Virus record (IMG/VR): IMGVR_UViG_3300023440_000001 | Span: 32,001 to 96,000 of that record | DNA from: a virus | Direction: 5' to 3' (one strand) | Length of the DNA: 64,000 nucleotides | Shown here: piece by piece, positions 19,164 to 28,988 of the stretch | Layout of the letters: each line of letters begins with the position of its first letter | Position numbering within the stretch: the stretch's first letter is position 1 | The notes under the pieces: model-generated | What the model saw: the letters and a program-made list of their open reading frames with translations, nothing else | Database searches by the model: none | Told to the model about the DNA's origin: nothing | Position numbers and translations under genes: made by a program

Positions 19164-19772
19164 TTACACTCCGTGTCTGCGGCGTATCCGTCCCACGGTG
19201 GTGTGGCTACATTTCAGCTTGCGGGCAATCTTGCGGTTGGACCAATCCGGATGGGCTTTGGCCAGTTCAATGATCTTCTGTTCCAGTTGTTCACGTGGTG
19301 GAACGACAGTTTCCACTTCCATGTCCACTTCGTTGGACTCGATGGAACGTACCGTTCCGGTTAGCCACCCAAACAGCACCAGCATGGACGGAATCAGCAC
19401 GCCGACCACCGTACCGATAACCCGGGGGAACAAGCCATCAGGTGCATATATGATCATGTAATAGACATTCAGCGCCACACTGACGATACTGGAGAGTATC
19501 AAGATAAGCTTGGCAGAAGTCGAACGAACTCCCAGACGCTGGGCATATACGGTATACTGCACCGAATAATAGATACTCAGATCCAGTGCCAGAACGAGCA
19601 TCACATTGCTCAGTGTGGAGAGATTTACCCCGAACAGTATCAGTCGGGCATCGAAGTGGCGAAGGGTGGCAAAGTTGTGTTCGAAGGTGGCCATGATATA
19701 GAACAGTGGCAATAGTTTCAGCCAAAAGCTATTAAAGCGTTCGAAGCGTTCAGCAATAGATTTCATCACCAC
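19164..19772 (-). CDS. Multi-pass membrane protein with C-terminal HTH (DUF2637-like)
   Basis: About 4 TM segments then WSNRKIARKLKCSHTTVGRIRR. Confidence 0.7.
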   Translation of the reverse strand: MVMKSIAERFERFNSFWLKLLPLFYIMATFEHNFATLRHFDARLILFGVNLSTLSNVMLVLALDLSIYYSVQYTVYAQRLGVRSTSAKLILILSSIVSVALNVYYMIIYAPDGLFPRVIGTVVGVLIPSMLVLFGWLTGTVRSIESNEVDMEVETVVPPREQLEQKIIELAKAHPDWSNRKIARKLKCSHTTVGRIRRRHGV

Positions 19773-20152
19773 TTCCTTCCATCAATCATCACCTTCAGGT
19801 TTTCCAGATACCAGATACCCTCTTCCATGGATTCAAAGACCACATCAGCAGCGGCCACCGGCATGCGAAAGTACTTCCTGGGTTCCGGCAATACCAGCAC
19901 GACCGGCTTCCCCAGGGCGCGGGCGTAACCGATTTCAAATGCCAGGTCATAGCCGCCGGGGTTGTCTTTCTCCAGATAAGCAAACAGCACATCAGTTGCT
20001 TCAATTCCGGCAATGTCGACGGGAGTGAACTGGTCTTGATCGGTGAGATTGTGATTGCGGGGATCAATCCAGACAACGCCTTCCAGAGACAGGCGCTTCT
20101 TAATGCGATCCTGCCAGCCACTCTTTAGACCGCCGGCTAGATAGACTTTCAT
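19766..20152 (-). CDS. Nucleoside 2-deoxyribosyltransferase-like protein
   Basis: KVYLAGG, DIAGI..TDV, FEIGYARALGKPV. Confidence 0.85.
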   Translation of the reverse strand: MKVYLAGGLKSGWQDRIKKRLSLEGVVWIDPRNHNLTDQDQFTPVDIAGIEATDVLFAYLEKDNPGGYDLAFEIGYARALGKPVVLVLPEPRKYFRMPVAAADVVFESMEEGIWYLENLKVMIDGRKW

Positions 20153-20479
20153 CTACGCACCTCCATCTGTTTGTTTAATGCTCGTCTTCACGAATTAGGT
20201 ATGTCAATGATGAGCAGCTGAGATAGGGAGTGGGGGAGGATTTTGAACCAACCAGGTTGCCACAGCGATACGAAAACGTTATAGAATTAATACCCGGGGA
20301 TACCACTGCCAAAGTCAGGTGTGTAGAATGGGCACAAAATGCGTAGACTGACAGTCAACAGATAAGTAGTTGTATTTGATGGATATATGTAATTTCAGTA
20401 CCTGTGTTCGATACCATTCACTATTACACGATTCTTCGACATACCAGCAGTTGAGTGTCTTTGACATGGTAATAAGTGG

Positions 20480-20850
20480 GTCCTAATGCGTTCCATCCCG
20501 TCCCCGAATCAATGGGACAAATGGAAAAACGCAGATACCGAATCAGAGCCAGACATCCTGATCGGTGAGAGTACTCACAACGGGCGAGGGGGCAACGGTA
20601 CGCGGGACGACCCCCGAAAAGCCGACAGAGCGATGAGGAACCGCTCGAACAGTCCGGGAGAAGCCGGGCCCCGTTCGCGGGGTGGTGCTGGCATCATTCC
20701 TCTATTGACCAGCACGCGGGTACGGAGTCTCCGGTGAGTGCTCGCCTCCCTTACGGGAGCGCCAGGGCCGGCTCTACAGAGAGTCGGTTTATATACCCGT
20801 GGTACACCCTGTTCAAAACGTCTGCACTTATTGATAAGTGTGTGCACTTT
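20480..20850 (+). ncRNA. Candidate large structured ncRNA
   Basis: GC-rich, many hairpins, long-range GAGTACTCAC/GTGAGTGCTC pairing; no credible ORF; strand uncertain. Confidence 0.35.
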
Positions 20851-20861
20851 GAACGGATGGA

Positions 20862-21719
20862 TTATGGTTTAAGTATGACAAATCGCCCACGATGCTGTTG
20901 ATTGTCTGCTCTTACCTGATAGAAGTAAGTCCCCGCCGGTAGACTACGCATATCCAGTTGCCGAATATGTCGCCCGGGGCCCAGCCTGCCGTATTCCCGG
21001 TGAAGAACTTCCCGACCCAACACATCATAAACTGATAATGCCACGTTGACTGCTTCCGGTATGGATAGCAGCACTGTGCCAATGGAAGTTACCGGATTGG
21101 GGTAGATAGCAATCATAAATCCCTTCGGTGGCGCCGGTGGTGTATTATCAACGACTGTCGGCGCTTCGATATTAAAGCGAACATGAGTGCTGTCCCACAA
21201 ACCCATCGTATCTGTTACAATCATCACAAACCCAGCCGGACCATAGTAATCCCCCGGATCCGGCTCCACATATAACACTCCCACCGAATCATATACCCGC
21301 ACATGATCCAAATCCTTATATAATAACACCAGCTGACCAATCGTATTATCCGGATCATACAGTATTGAATCCAGGACGGCTGAATACACCTGACCAAAGG
21401 GCAGGGTGGTTATGCTCAGCTGAACATCCGGAACACCAGCTGACACCGTATCAGAGGGGTCCGACTCATTGCCGGCACTATCCACAGCCGTCAGATAATA
21501 CACATAGAGATTCCCCGGCTGCACATCTTTATCCACCGCATGTGTATCCGGATGGGCAATCGTCTGATAGTGTGAAAACACCATCTCATTAACCGCCCGA
21601 TACAATCGATAGGAGTGCATATCCGGCTCCTTATTAGGACTCCAGTAGATGTTCAGTGAATCGGTCTGCGCATAGCCCAGAGACAGTCCGATCAGCAGCA
21701 TCATAATCCAGCGCATCAT
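20862..21719 (-). CDS. Secreted Fn3-domain protein with T9SS type-A/FlgD-like C-terminal domain
   Basis: Signal peptide MMRWIMMLLIGLSLGYAQ; Fn3 YYLTAVDSAGNESDPS; CTD IYPNP...VYDVLGREV...LPAGTYFYQV; GGAGG RBS before 21719. Confidence 0.85.
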   Translation of the reverse strand: MMRWIMMLLIGLSLGYAQTDSLNIYWSPNKEPDMHSYRLYRAVNEMVFSHYQTIAHPDTHAVDKDVQPGNLYVYYLTAVDSAGNESDPSDTVSAGVPDVQLSITTLPFGQVYSAVLDSILYDPDNTIGQLVLLYKDLDHVRVYDSVGVLYVEPDPGDYYGPAGFVMIVTDTMGLWDSTHVRFNIEAPTVVDNTPPAPPKGFMIAIYPNPVTSIGTVLLSIPEAVNVALSVYDVLGREVLHREYGRLGPGRHIRQLDMRSLPAGTYFYQVRADNQQHRGRFVILKP

Positions 21720-22021
21720 GTAACCTCCTGTTTTCTCTAGATATGTCACAGATGCGCCTATATAGGGACCCAAATTCACTTCTCTCATATTTCAGACAAC
21801 GCAATGGCAAACGAATCCCGGCTCCCGAAAACGTGCCCCCCGGGTCTTACCATCGAACTTTGCGAACTACTGAATACAGCTGAAGTAGAGGAGTGGTAAG
21901 GACTTACGCCATCGAACTTGTGGAGCAGGTTCGGTAATACTCCCCTGGTATTAACTCTGTAAGGTATTCACACCAACCCACTGGTACTGATATCCCCGGG
22001 TATTGACTCTGTATCCTATTC

Positions 22022-22070
22022 GCGATCCACTAACGCCACTTTTCGTCGAAAGGTGCCATTAGTGGATCGC
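22022..22070. other. Long imperfect hairpin at strand switch
   Basis: GCGATCCACTAA...TTAGTGGATCGC 12-bp arms plus inner stem. Confidence 0.6.
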
Positions 22071-22324
22071 TGATAGATGAGTGCGGCCTTAATAGGGGTG
22101 TGAAAAGCGGTGCGGTGAGGGAAGAGGTGCGCTTAATAGGGCCTTCAAAAGTTGTGCGGCGAGGGGAGTAGTAGGTAGTGAAATGATATAGGACCCGTGG
22201 AGCTCGGCGTTTCGAGCCCCCCGGGTTCTTTTGTTTGTACCCTACCTGAGAATACGAGTCCGCTCCGGTAGGGGTGTAGGTAAAAGGGACTCATCAACGT
22301 GCCAAAACAAAAGGAGGAACAGTT

Positions 22325-23278
22325 ATGGCACGATTAAGTGAGTTAGTTAGTAGCAGATCATTAAAAGCCCTGCAAAAGATGCAGGGTAAAATCCAAGAGG
22401 GGCGTCATCTCTCCGAGCTGGAGAGACATGGCTCCTACTGGAGAACAACAAAGGGCCGCAAAGAGGCAGAAGACGCGGCCTGGAAGTACTGGAGCCAGGA
22501 CCCGCTCCTAACAACGGATTGGGTCATGCGCAAGCATGACAAGCTGCAAGAACGCCGTGGTAGAAAGCGGTCTGAATGGGTCCAGCTTGCTCAGGCTGAA
22601 CCGCAGCTGAGGCAGGCTGAATCTCAGCTGGATCAGGCCGCTGAGCGCCTGGAGGAGTCCAAATCGGATCCAGTCTATCGCCATCGCCGGCCTCGTCATC
22701 GACGCTGGAAACAGCTCTACGCAGAGCTGTTGAAAGCCCAGGCCAAGTATAACGAGACCTGGCAGCGATACATGGATGCTCTAGAGAGAATGGAACGTCT
22801 GGAGCAATCCATAAGAGACATAGACCGCAACGCTGACAAGTTGCAGCGTAGGGTTAGTAAGCTGCAGCATAAGCTTGCGGTAATATTCGCCTGGGCCAGC
22901 TCTGAAGCGGTTGCCCAACGCAATAGGGCCACTTCTAAAGCAGCCGTTAAGACTGCTAGGGCTGCCACCAAGGCTGCAAAAGCTTCCACTAAGCCTACTC
23001 CTACTACTACTACTACTACTACTACTGCCCCTGCTGTTACTCAGGAAGCTGTGGCAGTGAAGAAACAGTCTTTTAAGTTACCGAAGTTTGAGACTGCTGG
23101 GATTGTTTCCAGGAAAGTCTCTTCGGTAATCAAGAAACGCATTATTTGGGTACTCGACGGTTTAAGAGTGCTCAAATATCGCAATAAAGACAACAAGAAA
23201 GTCATGGAACTGCTCGCAACATATACTTACAGCTCCATGGCTGAGGCTCGCCGAGCACTCAGTGTAGCTATGGCCTAG
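22325..23278 (+). CDS. First plus-strand gene: coiled coil + Thr-run linker
   Basis: 317 aa, AGGAGG RBS, (ACT)8 at ~23003-23026. Confidence 0.75.
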   Translation: MARLSELVSSRSLKALQKMQGKIQEGRHLSELERHGSYWRTTKGRKEAEDAAWKYWSQDPLLTTDWVMRKHDKLQERRGRKRSEWVQLAQAEPQLRQAESQLDQAAERLEESKSDPVYRHRRPRHRRWKQLYAELLKAQAKYNETWQRYMDALERMERLEQSIRDIDRNADKLQRRVSKLQHKLAVIFAWASSEAVAQRNRATSKAAVKTARAATKAAKASTKPTPTTTTTTTTAPAVTQEAVAVKKQSFKLPKFETAGIVSRKVSSVIKKRIIWVLDGLRVLKYRNKDNKKVMELLATYTYSSMAEARRALSVAMA

Positions 23279-23376
23279 CAGAGATGAGCAAACAACTAAA
23301 CAACGCCTTGCCCATGGGACGTGACCCCATGAACAAGGCAAAACCACAAACACAAACATCCAGAAAGGAGGATATC

Positions 23377-26067
23377 ATGGCTAATTTAAGTCATGCAATC
23401 CGCGTAGGCAACAAGGAATATACGTTGCCTCGCGCTGGTCTCCGTCTTCAGCTGACCATCCGTGAACTGGAAGACGGTCAGTTGGAGATTACGGAGCAAC
23501 ACGTCCCGACGCGGCCCTATCTGGACCACGTTCTGGGAGAGGACTACATTGTAGTTACCTCGAACAGTAAGGTCTGGTTCCAGCGAGCCGTTGTTGGGAT
23601 GGAACCCACCATTGCCGGGTGGAGTGTGGCCGCCGGTTATTTCAAGACCGGCTGGGTTACGCTCTTCCTGACGCCTGGTAGGAAAGAGTTTCTCTGGGCT
23701 CGGGATAAACTCGGCTTACTGGTCGAGGGTAACCTGGATAAGGCGTTCAAGTACGTCAAACGGTTATATGCGCCTTATCAGGCTCACACCTTCGTACCAG
23801 TGAGCGATGTCAAGTATCGTATCATTGAGTACGATGGTGACCTCGGCCGTGTACTGGAGGGTGCTGTTCTTATTCGCCATTCTGCTGCCAACAAATGGTT
23901 TGGCGGCAACATCAAGGTAGGTGAAATCCTGAAGTTCACCGCCTTGACAGTTGAAGGGATGGTGAAGGGTCACGCCCTCGTCTTACCAGATTCCCGTTTG
24001 AGCTACGACTTCGTGTCGTATGAAATCAAACGGGAAGTACGATCAACATCCGGTGAGATGTTTGTCGGTATGATTGGTCGTGCTATTGGCCACGATTGGG
24101 CTAGGACTGATATTCAGTCCTTGACCAATTTCGAGTTGGCCAGTTTCTTCCATGAAGAAACCAGGGCCTTCTTGGATGAGGTCGAGACCCACATCATGGA
24201 TCCAGAGTGGCTGCGTGAAAAGCTGGCGGTTTATGCCACTCTGGATGACGATCCTGATGCTGGTCAGACTGCAATGAAGCTTGTACAGGCTTTAAAGCAG
24301 TTTGACAATCCTCTAGAGTTTCCGTTCATGAAACGGTCCATCATCAATACATTCCTGAAGATGATGACTGATCCTGGACGGGGACGAGTCATCACCCATA
24401 AAGCCATAAAACGCTATCTCTTCCCGGATATGACCGCCTTTAATCATAAAGGCGAGTTCATGGGAGAAGGTAGCGGCGTGCTTGGCCATGCCAGCGTATT
24501 CGCCGGAAGCAATGTGGAAGGCGATGTGGTATTTCATCGCCAACCCAATGCGGAAGGCGAGTACTATCCGGCTGTGGCCATAGTCAGCGAAAAGCTGGCT
24601 GAACTTGAGGGTCACGCACTGTTTTACAGTGTGGCTGACCTGAAAGAGGCGGCCTATATGCTGGAAGTGCTGGGTGGTGGTGATAATGATGATGGTGTCA
24701 TCGTCTGGTATGACCCGGATGTTGTGGAGCACTTTCTGGATCTGCCCATGGTGGATCCGGATAAGCGCTTTGGTAATCCGGAGAAGAAGGATGTGGTTGA
24801 GATCCCAATAGGTCTTACACCGCAGAACTTCTTCCGCCTTGTCAACGAGAAGATTGGTATGCGCGACTTCATTGGTAAAGTCGTGAATGCCATGTTTATC
24901 GGCAAGGCCCCTGTGTCTGGACCAAGCATTTGGTTTGGTGCCAACCAGGAAAGTCTCATTGATACCAACGTAAAGATGGGACAGCTGGATGGTACCGAAC
25001 ATCCGCTAGTGGCTCTGGCAAATGAGCAGGATGAGACGATCAAGGTCGTTGCTGCTCATACTAGAGGTCGTTGGTCCAAACGGCTCCGGGAGCGTGTTGA
25101 GGCCGGTGAGGTTCAAGTGATCGAAACTGAACTCACCAAAGCTCTCAACTATGCCTGGGAACGGGTGAGTGCGATTGAAAAAGAGATCAATCGCAGCACT
25201 CTATATCCTCAGGTGCCAATGGATGTCTTGCGTGTGCCTGAAGATAAAGTAGCAGCTGGTGCTGCAAAGGATATCCGGGTGCTCTGGGGTAAGTTCTGGG
25301 CTGAACATCGTCCAGAAGACGATGAACAGTTCCGAGAACTGTATCGCCAGGCGAGCGAGCTCGTGGTACTAGAACTTGCTCAGTACAGCTACAGCACACA
25401 GATCTATATTGTGGCTGAGTTGTACAAATGGGTGTATTTCACCCGCGAGCTCAATACCGAAGTTCTAACAAAGATCGCCGCCGGTGAGGCTAGTTACCCG
25501 GACGGCGTCTTGTGGACCTCAGATGTGGAAGAGATGCGTGGAACAGCCACCTTGCTGTTCGACCTCTTCCGCATGTTAGGCACGGGCTTCATCTGGCGGA
25601 AGGTCTCTAACCTGAAGCCGGATTATCGGAAAGGTGAGTTTGAAGTCATCGTTGCCCGCAATGAGGTCAAACTGGCATCCGGCCGTGTCATCGGATTTGT
25701 GAAAGCACCGAATGGTCGCTTTACGATGAAACACGGCTGGATTGCCGTGCCACAGACATTCTACACTGTGCCTGAGTCTACAAAGGCTGTGACCATCGTC
25801 AACGGGTGGTCGTCGGCTATTAAAGCAGGCCAGGCATCTGAAGATGATGTCGAGGCATGGAAGGCAGCCAACGCAGACAAAGTCGCTGAGCTGGTCTACA
25901 CAACTTACAACAATAAGCCTGCCGTCGAAGTTCGAGTTGATGGCGAGCTTATCGGGTATGTGGCCATCAGCGGCGTTAATACTCTGCGCATGGCAGGCAA
26001 TCCAACCCAGGTTAAAATCACCCGGCAGGGATCTTCTCAGATGACCCTGCTGGGTCTGATTCAGTAA
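23377..26067 (+). CDS. Candidate single-subunit two-barrel RNA polymerase (YonO/RdRP-like)
   Basis: EGAVLI and VKGH (first barrel), HRQP and LGGGDNDDGVIVWYD (second barrel, cf. GGDxDGDxxxVxWD); start behind AAGGAGG. Confidence 0.6.
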   Translation: MANLSHAIRVGNKEYTLPRAGLRLQLTIRELEDGQLEITEQHVPTRPYLDHVLGEDYIVVTSNSKVWFQRAVVGMEPTIAGWSVAAGYFKTGWVTLFLTPGRKEFLWARDKLGLLVEGNLDKAFKYVKRLYAPYQAHTFVPVSDVKYRIIEYDGDLGRVLEGAVLIRHSAANKWFGGNIKVGEILKFTALTVEGMVKGHALVLPDSRLSYDFVSYEIKREVRSTSGEMFVGMIGRAIGHDWARTDIQSLTNFELASFFHEETRAFLDEVETHIMDPEWLREKLAVYATLDDDPDAGQTAMKLVQALKQFDNPLEFPFMKRSIINTFLKMMTDPGRGRVITHKAIKRYLFPDMTAFNHKGEFMGEGSGVLGHASVFAGSNVEGDVVFHRQPNAEGEYYPAVAIVSEKLAELEGHALFYSVADLKEAAYMLEVLGGGDNDDGVIVWYDPDVVEHFLDLPMVDPDKRFGNPEKKDVVEIPIGLTPQNFFRLVNEKIGMRDFIGKVVNAMFIGKAPVSGPSIWFGANQESLIDTNVKMGQLDGTEHPLVALANEQDETIKVVAAHTRGRWSKRLRERVEAGEVQVIETELTKALNYAWERVSAIEKEINRSTLYPQVPMDVLRVPEDKVAAGAAKDIRVLWGKFWAEHRPEDDEQFRELYRQASELVVLELAQYSYSTQIYIVAELYKWVYFTRELNTEVLTKIAAGEASYPDGVLWTSDVEEMRGTATLLFDLFRMLGTGFIWRKVSNLKPDYRKGEFEVIVARNEVKLASGRVIGFVKAPNGRFTMKHGWIAVPQTFYTVPESTKAVTIVNGWSSAIKAGQASEDDVEAWKAANADKVAELVYTTYNNKPAVEVRVDGELIGYVAISGVNTLRMAGNPTQVKITRQGSSQMTLLGLIQ

Positions 26068-26147
26068 TAAACTAACCAAGAACATTGAGAAGACCCCGAT
26101 AGCCATTCAGGTTGTCGGAGTTTTCTGTTAGAAAAGAGGTAAAGACA

Positions 26148-27203
26148 ATGTTAGAAGCCCTCAAATCCTGGTGGGTCATCGTCCAGAACACAGGAAAGTG
26201 CTTTGGATGTGCCTACTGTATCATTTCACAACGAAAGGATTTAGGTGGGATGTATGCAGAGGTGGCTATCGGTGACTTGCCATCGAAGTATCTGGGTGAT
26301 CGTGGACGTGACATCCCCGTGGTTATTGATAACTACTTCGGGGATCCGTCCACACAACAGGATCACCTGAGACAGGCCCTGATGGCCTTAAAAGAAGACG
26401 GCCATCGTGGACCTATTGGCATCATCACAAAAGGGAAGTTCGGCCGACAGACGATTGATCTGTTGGCCAGCATTCCCAATGTGGTGGTGCTGCAGTCCAT
26501 ATCGGGACTGCCTAGAAGCATAGAACCCGCAAAACTGGAGACGCGTGTCGAGAATATGCGTCGTCTGGTGGAGGCAGGGATTAAGACTATCGCTTACCTG
26601 CGACCAATTATCGCAGGGTATAATGATAGCCCAGAATCCCTGCAACGGGTTCTGAATCTAATTAAGCTCACCGGAGTCGATACCGTTGTGTACTCCGGCT
26701 TCCGGATAACAGAAGAGACCCGGAAACTGATGGAAGCCAACGGTATTGACATGTCTGGTTTCAAGGAAGATCCGGAACACAAACAGATGCCGGAAGAGGC
26801 TCGTGAATTCATCGAGACTTACGGACACTCAATCGGATTGAAGGTGTTCCGGAAGACTTCCTGCGGGGTTAGCTATCTGTTGGGCACGTCAGACTATAAT
26901 GCCCACTGGAGTAATCCCACAAAGTACGAGTGCCAGAACTGCCCAAATCTCGGCAAATGTTTGCCGAAGTTAAAGTCAGTGGCAGTCCGGGAATCCGTAT
27001 GCAAACCCAAATGTCCACACCAATGTTCCAGTTGCCCATTCTTGAAGGACAACCAGGTACATCTGACTGGTAAATGGACCCTGGGTGAGTTATCAGTAGC
27101 CCGGTGGATACTTGGTCAGCAGGTAACGGCTGGGGAGATTATTAACACGCCGGGTATACTGAATGTTGAAAAGCTCCGCAACTTAAAGAAGGAGGTGAAA
27201 TAA
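26148..27203 (+). CDS. Radical SAM protein (SPL-like), atypical Cx2Cx2C, Cys-rich C-terminus
   Basis: CFGCAYC, ITKG, IEP...R, LRPIIAGYND; C-terminal Cys clusters. Confidence 0.75.
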   Translation: MLEALKSWWVIVQNTGKCFGCAYCIISQRKDLGGMYAEVAIGDLPSKYLGDRGRDIPVVIDNYFGDPSTQQDHLRQALMALKEDGHRGPIGIITKGKFGRQTIDLLASIPNVVVLQSISGLPRSIEPAKLETRVENMRRLVEAGIKTIAYLRPIIAGYNDSPESLQRVLNLIKLTGVDTVVYSGFRITEETRKLMEANGIDMSGFKEDPEHKQMPEEAREFIETYGHSIGLKVFRKTSCGVSYLLGTSDYNAHWSNPTKYECQNCPNLGKCLPKLKSVAVRESVCKPKCPHQCSSCPFLKDNQVHLTGKWTLGELSVARWILGQQVTAGEIINTPGILNVEKLRNLKKEVK

Positions 27204-28141
27204 TGAAGACCTTCTTTAAGCCCAGTGGAGCTGCATGTCCACAAGGCTGTGCGTATTGCATTGTGGACATGAATCCCAACCGCCGGAAGGAGTATCTGGA
27301 GTCAGTTCTGTACTTCATGAACTCCTTCGTGGCGATAAACATCATGCCTGAACGGAGGGACCAACATCTTGAAGAGATTCGAAACCTCGATTGGTCCCTC
27401 TTTTCGGGTGACTATCTGGGATTCCAGGGTGCATCAGAACCATTAATGTACAAACGTACCCTGTTTGATATCCTGGGCAAGGCCAGGCAATTCGGCTTCA
27501 AGGTAGCGATTTGTTCCAAGCTATCCATCGGCCGAAGATTGGCAAAAGAGCTGGCCGAGTTTCGGGATGTCTTGGACATTGAGATTTCATATGCCAAGCT
27601 CTCGGAACTGGAAAGGTCGGACGCCAAACGCCTGGCATCGATAGGAAATGCCCTGGAAGCTGGTTTCGACGTGCTGACAGTCATTCAGCCGTTTATATAC
27701 GGTTTGACGGATGTCAGACTCGAAGAGCTGATCCGGGAGCTGAAGAGCGTGGGAGCCACCTACGTCTCTGTGAATGGCTTCCGATATTCCAAGGCAATGG
27801 AATGGTGGGCCAGGCAGGTACTTCCACATCACATACTCCAGATGTATAGGGAGAATGAGGGTGTGGAATACCTGCCTGATCGGGGTCAGATAGAAGCCCG
27901 ACTAACAGCGGCCGGGTTCAAGGTAACCAAGATCTCTAAATGGTTACGAAGGAATGAATCCGGACGCTACAAGGACCCTGCCGAGGTGATTTCGAATATG
28001 AAACGTCTGGTTGGATTTAAAAGTCAAATAGACCCTTCTAATCCTGATTGGAGGGTCTGCGATAACGAACATCTTCGCGTAGCAAGCGATAGCAATAGTG
28101 AGATGCTTGCAAAGATGTTCGAAAGGAGAATGAACTTCTAA
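27203..28141 (+). CDS. Radical SAM protein (SPL-like)
   Basis: CPQGCAYC, SEP, IQPFIYGLTD. Confidence 0.8.
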   Translation: MKTFFKPSGAACPQGCAYCIVDMNPNRRKEYLESVLYFMNSFVAINIMPERRDQHLEEIRNLDWSLFSGDYLGFQGASEPLMYKRTLFDILGKARQFGFKVAICSKLSIGRRLAKELAEFRDVLDIEISYAKLSELERSDAKRLASIGNALEAGFDVLTVIQPFIYGLTDVRLEELIRELKSVGATYVSVNGFRYSKAMEWWARQVLPHHILQMYRENEGVEYLPDRGQIEARLTAAGFKVTKISKWLRRNESGRYKDPAEVISNMKRLVGFKSQIDPSNPDWRVCDNEHLRVASDSNSEMLAKMFERRMNF

Positions 28142-28154
28142 ACAAAGAAAGGAG

Positions 28155-28340
28155 GTGATAACTATGCGATACTACTGGCGCTGTCCGAGCTGTGCGCCGG
28201 ATGAGCAACACCCATGTGCTTCTCTCGAAGAAGCTCGTAAAGAACTTGAGAAGCACGAACGGGAAGTCCATAAAGGACGACCTGTGGGTGTGTTTGGTAA
28301 ATACTTTGCTCCTCCCTCCGCTTCGCTCCGCTCAAAGTAA
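28155..28340 (+). CDS. Small C2H2-type Zn-binding protein
   Basis: CPSC...HEREVH; AAGGAGG RBS. Confidence 0.6.
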   Translation: MITMRYYWRCPSCAPDEQHPCASLEEARKELEKHEREVHKGRPVGVFGKYFAPPSASLRSK

Positions 28341-28349
28341 GTGCACACA

Positions 28350-28630
28350 CGTAGTCTTTTAAGTTAACGCAACTACCATTACGCACGCGGCGGCGCTGTC
28401 GCGCCTAAATCCTGTGGTAGGTTTCGGCCTACCATTCGTGGTTACCCGCACCACGGAGTAGCGTCCGAAGCGGGTAGGGACACTCCAGCCTGGCTGGAAT
28501 CCCTAGGGCTGCGCCGCACAGCCCGACGTGCCTTCTGGGTTAACGGAGGCACCTGGATCAAGCTCTGCTTGGCGGCAAAACCGGAGAAACGGCTGAGACT
28601 CCGGGCCTGGCAGAGCACGCGGTAGTCCTC
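28350..28630 (+). ncRNA. Candidate multi-helix ncRNA with kissing loops
   Basis: At least six hairpins; loop TACCCGC complementary to loop GCGGGTA. Confidence 0.5.
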
Positions 28631-28659
28631 CCTAACTAACAAAGTTAAGGAGGTATGCT

Positions 28660-28932
28660 ATGAATAGCCGTGAAATCAAGTTCTTCTGGGGCGATAAGCT
28701 CATCGCCCGTATCTATCCGCTCAAAAAGGGCGGAGTTACGGTTGACTTATCGCCCTACGTCAACCGGTGCGGTATGCCGGGCCACCGGGTTGACGGAATG
28801 CACAAACCGGCACACGTCTTGGCCGGGATCGACCGGCTGTTGTCAAAATACAACGGCCATAAGATCCGGGCCAATTGCTCCGTTGCGGTCGCGGAGCAGA
28901 CCCTTCGGAAGTATATCGAAGGAAAGATATAA
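28660..28932 (+). CDS. Hypothetical early protein
   Basis: AAGGAGG RBS, 90 aa. Confidence 0.7.
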   Translation: MNSREIKFFWGDKLIARIYPLKKGGVTVDLSPYVNRCGMPGHRVDGMHKPAHVLAGIDRLLSKYNGHKIRANCSVAVAEQTLRKYIEGKI

Positions 28933-28942
28933 GACCGCACAT

Positions 28943-28988
28943 GCCCCGCCTCGCTATCAGGCGACACCGGCTCGCGACCGAGCGGGGC
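28943..28988 (+). ncRNA. Mini tRNA-like element (copy 1)
   Basis: 7-bp closing stem + small hairpin + T-arm-like hairpin; covaries with the copy at 31693. Confidence 0.55.

Noticed and set aside
22022-22070. Protelomerase tel site
   Set aside because: The palindrome is imperfect and no protelomerase is seen in the window
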